Part shown: piece by piece, positions 57,498 to 64,000 of the stretch | How the letters are laid out: every line of letters begins with the position of its first letter | Numbering within the stretch: position 1 is the first letter of the stretch | DNA from: Candidatus Bathyarchaeota archaeon | GTDB lineage: Archaea; Thermoproteota; Bathyarchaeia; TCS64 | Assembly (NCBI GenBank): GCA_043826455.1 | Contig: JBDRQD010000048.1 | Location: forward strand, 64,001 to 128,000 | Length of the DNA: 64,000 nt | Direction: 5' to 3' | Made by a program: the position numbers and the translations under genes | The notes under the pieces: model-generated | What the model was told of the DNA's origin: nothing | What the model saw: the letters and a program-made list of their open reading frames with translations, nothing else | Database searches by the model: none

Positions 57498-58416
57498 CGC
57501 CCAGGCGCAGGAGCTCCGCCTCAGCCAGCAGGTGGACACCAGCCGTCCACTGGCCCGTCGCGTGAACCTCCCTGAACACCTTAACGGCCTCACTTTTCCG
57601 CCCCTCAGCCAGGTACAGGTTGCCCACGGCCTGGGCCCTGGTGACGAACCTGACTGGGCCCTCAGCCCTCGCGTCACCTAGCACAGCCTCAGGGGTGAAG
57701 TGCCCCTTGTACATGAGGAGGGTCTGGTAGTAGTCCCCCACCTCCACCAGGCTCAGTCCGGGCTCCACCTCCTCCAACAGCAGCTCCGCCTCGTACCTGA
57801 GGCCCAGCCTTATGAGCACCATGTAGAGCCAGTGGCCTGTAGCTATCCGGCTTTCCAAGTTGTCCGAGGCCTCCATGCACCGGCGGTACGCCTCCGCGGC
57901 CTCCTCCAGCATCCCGGCCGCGAAGTAGGTGAAGCCCTGGTGGTAGTAGACGTTCCAGTTGAAGCTGGCTACACCCATCTTGTCCTTGCTGGGGCCCCCG
58001 CTGGCGTACAGCTCGGGCTCATCAGGCCTGCCCTCGATGAGCTCCACGGCCCGCCTGAAGTCGTTGATGGCTAGGTCTATGCGGCGGAGGATGGCGAACC
58101 TGTGGCCTCTGAACCTGTAGAACCTGGGGTCCTCGGGCCACCGCCTAACGCCCTCACCATAGATGACGGCGGCCTCGTTGAACCTGCCCAAGATGCCTGT
58201 CCTTCTGCCGAGCCATAGAAGCTTCTCCGGGGCGTCGGGGTCGGCCAGGTAATCCCGGAGCGCCTTCTCCCGGTTCTCCTCCAGCTCCCTCATCTTCTCC
58301 CTGTAGGCCTCCTCCTCGGAGGGCAGCCACAGCCTTATGGGGCTCCTGTGGAGGGGCTCACCGAAGAGGCTGAAGGCCTCGGGAGACTCGAACGGCTCAC
58401 CGCGTGGTTTATCCAT
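57487..58416 (-). CDS. TPR-repeat protein
   Basis: Repeated helical TPR-like units. Confidence 0.7.
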   Translation of the reverse strand: MDKPRGEPFESPEAFSLFGEPLHRSPIRLWLPSEEEAYREKMRELEENREKALRDYLADPDAPEKLLWLGRRTGILGRFNEAAVIYGEGVRRWPEDPRFYRFRGHRFAILRRIDLAINDFRRAVELIEGRPDEPELYASGGPSKDKMGVASFNWNVYYHQGFTYFAAGMLEEAAEAYRRCMEASDNLESRIATGHWLYMVLIRLGLRYEAELLLEEVEPGLSLVEVGDYYQTLLMYKGHFTPEAVLGDARAEGPVRFVTRAQAVGNLYLAEGRKSEAVKVFREVHATGQWTAGVHLLAEAELLRLGVTP

Positions 58417-58533
58417 GTTACTGTATAGCTGGGGCTGTCGGCATTTACCCCTTTTGAAAACGTTGACACATGGGACGCCCAGATGGTCTCTTGTATAAAT
58501 AGGTCACAGTAGATACATTGAGACTGACACTGG

Positions 58534-59667
58534 ATGCGAGGCTCCTTGGAGACAGAACTGGCCGATGCACACAGGAAGCTCTTCGGAGGCGGAGAAGTGA
58601 CGGTCCACAAAGCCTCGGGCAGGGTGAACCTCATCGGAGAGCACACCGACTACAACGACGGATACGTGCTACCCACCCCCATAGACCGGCACGTCTTCGT
58701 CGCCTCCTCTCCCAGAGGCGACAGCAGGGTGGTGGCCATCGCCCGGGACCTGGAGGACAGGGCAGAGTTCAACCTGGGATCAATGAAGAGGAGCCCTGAG
58801 CACCCGTGGAGCAACTACGTCATGGGGGTCGCTCAGAAGCTCATCGAGGAAGGCCACAGGCTCAGAGGCGCCGACATGGTCGTCGGGGGCGACGTGCCCC
58901 TGGGGGCCGGGCTCAGCAGCTCCGCCGCCCTACTGGTTGCCTCCCTCCGGGCCTTCCAGGCCATGAACGGCATAGCCCTGGACCCCGTGGAGGCGGCATA
59001 CCTTGCGAAGAGGGCCGAGAACGAGTTCGTGGGGGTCCAGTGCGGCGTCATGGACCCGTTCGTGGCAACCCTGGGGGAACACGGCAAGGCGCTGTTCATA
59101 GACTGCAGGACCAATGAGCACCGGCACGTGGCCCTGCCCCGCGACCACAGAGTGGTCATAGTCAACACCATGAAGAGCAGGGACCTTGCGTCCTCCGCAT
59201 ACAACGAGAGGAGGCAGCAGTGCATGGATGCGGTCCAGATACTCAGTAGGCACGACCCCATGATCAAAGCCCTCAGGGATGTGTCCCCCGAGACCCTGGT
59301 GAAGCACTGGGATGAGCTGCCGCCCCTAACCCGGATGCGCGCCCGCCACGTGGTCACCGAGAACCAGAGGGTGATGGAGTCCCTTGAGCTACTGGAGGAC
59401 GGCGACGTGGACGGATTCGGGGACCTCATGTACGACAGCCACGAGAGCCTCCAGAACGACTATGAGGTGAGCTGCAGGGAACTGGATGTCCTGGTGGACG
59501 CCACCCTGGACATGAGGGCCGTCGCCGGCGCACGGATGACGGGCGCAGGCTTCGGCGGCTGCACCGTGAACCTGGTGGAGGAAGGCTACGTGGACAGGTT
59601 CACCGAGCTGATTAAGGAGAAGTACCTCAGTTCAACGGCTAAGCAGGCCGAGGTCTACCTGGCCTGA
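58534..59667 (+). CDS. galK: Galactokinase
   Basis: GRVNLIGEHTDYNDG, PLGAGLSSSAA, CGVMD, GARMTGAGFGGC. Confidence 0.95.
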   Translation: MRGSLETELADAHRKLFGGGEVTVHKASGRVNLIGEHTDYNDGYVLPTPIDRHVFVASSPRGDSRVVAIARDLEDRAEFNLGSMKRSPEHPWSNYVMGVAQKLIEEGHRLRGADMVVGGDVPLGAGLSSSAALLVASLRAFQAMNGIALDPVEAAYLAKRAENEFVGVQCGVMDPFVATLGEHGKALFIDCRTNEHRHVALPRDHRVVIVNTMKSRDLASSAYNERRQQCMDAVQILSRHDPMIKALRDVSPETLVKHWDELPPLTRMRARHVVTENQRVMESLELLEDGDVDGFGDLMYDSHESLQNDYEVSCRELDVLVDATLDMRAVAGARMTGAGFGGCTVNLVEEGYVDRFTELIKEKYLSSTAKQAEVYLA

Positions 59668-60035
59668 GGCCTCTGAACTATCTCCACCACGTAGCCCTCA
59701 GGGTCCTCACAGAAGAAGACCCTACCCTCTACTTTCCTCAGCTCCACCTCACTGGTTCTCATCTTCACTCCAGCGTCCCTCAGCCTCCCGTATAGGCCCC
59801 AGATGTCCTCGCCGTCCTTCAGGCCGAGGCATAGGATCACGGGTTTGTCCTCCGCTGCCCTGAGGTATCCTTTCCCATCCTGTACGACTCCAATGGTGTA
59901 ACCTGGGCAGACATGGTATAGGGTGGTCCAGCTGGACTCAGCCTCCTCCTCAAGACCAAGAAGGTCCCCGTAGAAGCCCCGGGCAACCCCCATGTCCTTG
60001 TAGTAGATGAATGTGTAGGCCCGGTCGAAGCTCAT
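59655..60035 (-). CDS. VOC/glyoxalase-family protein
   Basis: FYGDLLGL, FFCEDPEGYVVEI. Confidence 0.85.
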   Translation of the reverse strand: MSFDRAYTFIYYKDMGVARGFYGDLLGLEEEAESSWTTLYHVCPGYTIGVVQDGKGYLRAAEDKPVILCLGLKDGEDIWGLYGRLRDAGVKMRTSEVELRKVEGRVFFCEDPEGYVVEIVQRPQAR

Positions 60036-60799
60036 CTCCAGTAACGCTCCACGTACTCGGTGGCCTTCATGAACTCCACGTCGGGGAACTTCTGGATGTA
60101 CTCCATGATGCCGTTGAGGCACAGAAGCCTGGAGGGCCTGCCCGTGACCTGGGGGTGCATGGTGAGGCAGAACAGGCTCCTATCCCTGTACCTGGCGTCG
60201 AACTCTATTGTCCACGTGTCCACGGTGTCTTTCACCGTGGCGCCCCAGTCGTAGTAGAAGGTCCAGTCGTCCAGGTTGTAGGCAACCGGTATCTCCAGTA
60301 GTTTCGAGACGCAGCCGTCTATGACGTTGTAGAAGCACTCCTCGGCGCCCATGTAGTCGCTGTTCCATAGGAAACCCAGCTCCTCTAGGAGCCTGTGGGT
60401 CCGCTCAGACGGCCTCCACCTGGGCGTCCGGTGGCCCACGATCCTCTTACCGGTGAACTCCTCAAGAATGCCCCTGCTCTTCAAAATGCCCTGCCGCTCC
60501 TCCTCGGGCTCCAACGCGTTGTAGCCGCGGTGGGTGTACCCGTGGCAGGCCACCTCGTGGCCCCTGGACACGATCTCCTCCACGGCCTCAGGGTACCGCT
60601 CAGCTGTGAGGCCCACGACGCAGAACGTGGCCTTGACCTCGTTCTCGTCCAGTAGGTCCAGTATCCGGTACACCCCCTTCCGGGGCCCGTAGCCTCCCTG
60701 AGTAACCCAGTAAGGGATGCCGGGATGCATCTCCTCGAAGGCGGTCTCCCCGTCCAGGTCGAAGGTGAGTAGAACAGGGAAAGGCTTGGAGTCAGACAT
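60032..60799 (-). CDS. Polysaccharide deacetylase (PuuE/HpPgdA-like CE4)
   Basis: LTFDLD, HEVACHGYTH, RTP, MHPQVTGRPSR. Confidence 0.85.
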   Translation of the reverse strand: MSDSKPFPVLLTFDLDGETAFEEMHPGIPYWVTQGGYGPRKGVYRILDLLDENEVKATFCVVGLTAERYPEAVEEIVSRGHEVACHGYTHRGYNALEPEEERQGILKSRGILEEFTGKRIVGHRTPRWRPSERTHRLLEELGFLWNSDYMGAEECFYNVIDGCVSKLLEIPVAYNLDDWTFYYDWGATVKDTVDTWTIEFDARYRDRSLFCLTMHPQVTGRPSRLLCLNGIMEYIQKFPDVEFMKATEYVERYWR

Positions 60800-60831
60800 G
60801 GAGAATAGGTTGGAGGAGGCTGCTAAAAGGT

Positions 60832-61440
60832 CTACTGGGCCGCCTGCCTCTTGGCCATGTACTCGGCGTCCGCCTTATCTCGGCTCAAGGGCACGCAGAT
60901 GACGTACTGGGGCTTCACGTCCAGCACGTTGGGGCTGTCCGCGGCCAGGAAGCTCACAGCCGTGTCCGCCCCCCTGTGGCTGCCGGCGACGCTTATCACA
61001 TGCTCACCGGCCTGGACCAGGCCCGCGTCACAGGCCTTAGCCACGATCTCCACATTAACTTTCACCTTCATGGCGATGAGGGTCTGGGTGATGAAGCTCA
61101 TGGGGCTGTGGCCCAGCCTCTGCCGCTGCCTAATGGCGTTGGTGAGAACATCGGTGCCCAGGTTCACCACACCCCCCAACTCCTCGATCCTTTTCCAGTT
61201 ATCGGGCTTGAACTGCTGGACGCCTGTCGCTGGGAACCCCATCTGGTGGCCCACCACGATGATCTGGACGCCGCTGCCCTTGAAGAGCTCAGCTGCCTTG
61301 ACTCCCGTGTCTCCGCTGGTGCTGGCCACCAGCACCTTCTTCACAGCCAACCCTTTGGCCGCCTGGAGCGCTGCTTTGAGGGTGTCCTCGGTGTGCTCGG
61401 CCCCACCCTCCTCGTAGTAGACTGTCTCCCGTATGATCAT
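60832..61440 (-). CDS. Pyruvate kinase C-terminal-like (MTH1675-like) protein
   Basis: VASTSGDTG, ACDAGL, AGSHRGADTA. Confidence 0.75.
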   Translation of the reverse strand: MIIRETVYYEEGGAEHTEDTLKAALQAAKGLAVKKVLVASTSGDTGVKAAELFKGSGVQIIVVGHQMGFPATGVQQFKPDNWKRIEELGGVVNLGTDVLTNAIRQRQRLGHSPMSFITQTLIAMKVKVNVEIVAKACDAGLVQAGEHVISVAGSHRGADTAVSFLAADSPNVLDVKPQYVICVPLSRDKADAEYMAKRQAAQ

Positions 61441-61550
61441 AGAACCAGAAAGGTGTTCACCGTCGCCGATTTAAAGCTTAACAGTAGGCAGAGCGCCATA
61501 CAGCCATGCATAACACTAAAGCCGTGGAGCCCACTTTCCCATTGGTATCC

Positions 61551-62198
61551 ATGGTTGACCTCAAAGTAATACGGGAGAGGCTGAACAGCAGCATCATATC
61601 TGATGTCCTGGACGGCATGGGGCTCAGAGGCCAAGCCATGTCCACGGACGTAAGGCCCCTCAGCGAGGAGATGTCCACGGTGGGCACGGCCTCCACCATG
61701 CTCATGGCGGACCAGTACGACGAGGGCAAGGACACCTTCACCCTCCAGTTCCAGGCCATCGACAGCCTAGGCAAGGACGACGTCATGGTGGTCTGCAGCA
61801 ACGGCAGCGACCGCGCTGCCCTCTGGGGCGAGCTCCTCTCGACGGCCGCCACCTACCGGGGCGCGGCCGGCGCAGTCATCGACGGACTAGCCAGGGACGT
61901 GAGCCTCATCAAGAAGATGGGGTTCCCCGTGTTCTGCAGGGGGATCGCGCCCATAAGCAGCAAAGGCAGAGTCATAGCCGTTGACTATAACTGCCCCGTC
62001 GTGGTGAGCGGAGTCAAGGTGCATCCGGGCGACATTGTGGTGGCTGACCTGGACGGCGTCGTCGTGGTACCGAAGGACCTGGCCGAGGAAACCGTGAAGA
62101 GAGCTCTTGATGTGGTCAGCAGGGAGTCCAAGACCAGGGAGGAGCTGAGGAAAGGCGCCGGCCTCAGCGACGTCTACAAGAAGTACGGCACCGTGTAG
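61551..62198 (+). CDS. RraA/HMG aldolase family protein
   Basis: SDVLD, WGEL, DGLARD, PGDIVVADLDGVV. Confidence 0.88.
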   Translation: MVDLKVIRERLNSSIISDVLDGMGLRGQAMSTDVRPLSEEMSTVGTASTMLMADQYDEGKDTFTLQFQAIDSLGKDDVMVVCSNGSDRAALWGELLSTAATYRGAAGAVIDGLARDVSLIKKMGFPVFCRGIAPISSKGRVIAVDYNCPVVVSGVKVHPGDIVVADLDGVVVVPKDLAEETVKRALDVVSRESKTREELRKGAGLSDVYKKYGTV

Positions 62199-62253
62199 CT
62201 CCCCGTGGTTACAGTTATAATGAGATAAGTGAAAAGATGTGTGAGGTACCTGC

Positions 62254-62919
62254 TTGGTCCCCCGGGCGTCCCTCCTGAAGGGCGTAGCTGAGATAATAGT
62301 GCGTGTCACGAGGAGCCACCCAACAAGGGTGGCCGTAGACGGCGTGGACTCAGCCGGGAAGACCGTCTTCGCCGACGAGCTTAAACCCCTCATCGAGGAG
62401 CACGGGAGGGAGGCCATCAGGGCCTCCGTGGACGGGTTTCACACCCCCCGGGCCGCCAGGTACCAGAGGGGGCGCCTCAGCCCAGAGGGCTACTACATTG
62501 ACAGCTTCAACTACAGGGCGCTCCTCGACAACCTCCTCCTGCCTCTGGGTCCAGGCGGAAGCCTGGAGTACAGGGACGCTGTCTTCGACTACAGGAAGGA
62601 CCGACCCATCAGGGGGCCTGCGAAGAAGGCCCGCCCCGACGCCGTGCTCCTCTTCGACGGCGTCTTCCTCATGCGCCCCGAGCTAGTGGGCCTCTGGGAC
62701 CTGAGGATATACCTGGACGTCTCCTACGGTGAGATGGTGGCCAGGGGGGTGAAGAGGGACGGGGGCGACACGGAGACCGAGGAGCTCTACACCCAGAGGT
62801 ATGTGCCCGGCCAGAAGCTGTACCAGCTCCACTCCGCGCCCAAGAGGAGAGCGGACCTGGTGATCGATAACAACAACCCCCTGAACCCGCGGATCACCTA
62901 CATAAACCCCAACCTCTAA
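62254..62919 (+). CDS. Uridine-kinase-like P-loop kinase
   Basis: DGVDSAGKT, SVDGFH, DGVFL, RYVPGQ. Confidence 0.8.
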   Translation: MVPRASLLKGVAEIIVRVTRSHPTRVAVDGVDSAGKTVFADELKPLIEEHGREAIRASVDGFHTPRAARYQRGRLSPEGYYIDSFNYRALLDNLLLPLGPGGSLEYRDAVFDYRKDRPIRGPAKKARPDAVLLFDGVFLMRPELVGLWDLRIYLDVSYGEMVARGVKRDGGDTETEELYTQRYVPGQKLYQLHSAPKRRADLVIDNNNPLNPRITYINPNL

Positions 62920-62970
62920 TACCTAATACCCCGGAGCCGAGGTATTACTCCAATAATACCAGCCGTAATA

Positions 62971-64000
62971 CTATGGCAGGCCCGCGAAGTTTAGTAGCCT
63001 GAGTATTACGCCCCCCAGCAACACCGCAACCGCGATCTCCGTCAAGCTGATGATGGCCGCGTTCCTCGCACCGAACTCCTTCACCAGCGCCGCGATGGTG
63101 CTGATGCAGGGCACGTAAACCATCACCACGAAGGCGAACACGAACATCTGCACGGGGGAAAGGAAGCTGGCGAAGTCCGTTGAGCCCATCAAGAACCCCA
63201 AGAGGACGAGGGTTAGCTCCTTCCTGAGGACGCCGAAGATGAGGACCACCCCGGCAGCCGCGGGCAAGCCCAGCCACCCCACGGTGACGGGGCTCAGCGC
63301 CCCCTCCACAAGCCGCAGGAGACCGAGGGCCGCAGCAACCTGGATCACCAGGTTGCCCGCAACCATGATGGGGAAAGCCTCATAGATGAAGCCCCTGAGC
63401 CTGAACCACGTCCTCTGAGCCGTGGTGCGGAGGGAGGGCATCCTGTACCCAGGCAACTCCATGATGAGGCCCACCGGCTCGTCAGGGGCCACCCTGTAGG
63501 CCAGCCTACCCAGGACGAAGATGAGGATGAAGTCGATCAGGTAGAGAAGCAGCGCCCACCTGAAGCCCAGGTAGGAGGCCACCAGCCCCATGATGACGAT
63601 GCTGCGGGCGGCGCAGGGCACCAAGCTACCGACGAAGGCGCAGATGAGGCGCTCCCGCTCAGTCTCCATTATGCGGGCCCCCAGCACCGCGGGCACGTTA
63701 CAGCCGAAGCCCAACATCACGGGAATGAAGGCTTTTCCGTGGAGCCCTATGGCGTGCATGGCCGAGTCCATGAGGAAGGCAATGCGGGCCAGGTACCCCG
63801 AGTCCTCGAGGACCGATAAGGCCAGGTAGAAGGGGCCTATGTAGGGCAAGGCCACCACCAGGCCCCCTATGATGCCCTCAGCCAGGCCCCTCCAGACGAA
63901 CTCCGTCACCCCGTTCCTGCCAAGGCCCCCATAGTAGGCAACTTGGACAACGGCGAACGCCTCTCCGAGGAGCCCGGCGAGCCAGTCACCGAAGCTGAAA
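62971..64000 (-). CDS. feoB: Ferrous iron transporter FeoB, C-terminal membrane part (5' end outside the window)
   Basis: LEDSGYLAR, GLHGK, GFGCNVP, MELPGY, RKE, YVPC. Confidence 0.9.
   Translation of the reverse strand, partial: FSFGDWLAGLLGEAFAVVQVAYYGGLGRNGVTEFVWRGLAEGIIGGLVVALPYIGPFYLALSVLEDSGYLARIAFLMDSAMHAIGLHGKAFIPVMLGFGCNVPAVLGARIMETERERLICAFVGSLVPCAARSIVIMGLVASYLGFRWALLLYLIDFILIFVLGRLAYRVAPDEPVGLIMELPGYRMPSLRTTAQRTWFRLRGFIYEAFPIMVAGNLVIQVAAALGLLRLVEGALSPVTVGWLGLPAAAGVVLIFGVLRKELTLVLLGFLMGSTDFASFLSPVQMFVFAFVVMVYVPCISTIAALVKEFGARNAAIISLTEIAVAVLLGGVILRLLNFAGLP

Noticed and set aside
52778..60799. GT2, putative GH, galK and deacetylase as an exopolysaccharide locus
   Set aside because: Genes are on mixed strands and interleaved with unrelated genes; the deacetylase looks cytoplasmic (PuuE-like)

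Overview
High-GC archaeal chromosomal segment. The gene complement is an archaeal-type rps13-rps4-rps11-rpoD-rpl18e operon, Taw1, multi-OB RPA, an AbrB-PhoU regulator and an IPGxP-type C-terminal sorting signal, which suggests a TACK archaeon, probably Bathyarchaeia (inference). It holds about 70 CDS, mostly housekeeping, peptide/amino-acid catabolism and transport, plus three intron-less tRNAs: Pro-CGG, Gly-TCC and Lys-CTT. No integrase, transposase or CRISPR array is seen. Most notable observations: (1) a ~140-nt structured trpS leader with a Trp-codon uORF (MSVHHSDWTDSS*) whose 3' end is complementary to the trpS SD, a candidate archaeal attenuator; (2) a ~150-bp non-coding G-run/inverted-repeat element directly downstream of two different tRNA genes, surrounded by a strand-specific synonymous C>T shift in neighbouring genes; (3) an in-frame PstS::PhoU chimera that implies loss of pstCAB; (4) ORB-like motifs downstream of RPA; (5) a pelota-like protein lacking domain 1, and a VWA protein starting with a copy of its MoxR partner's lid. 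All product calls come from motif recognition by eye, not database searches.
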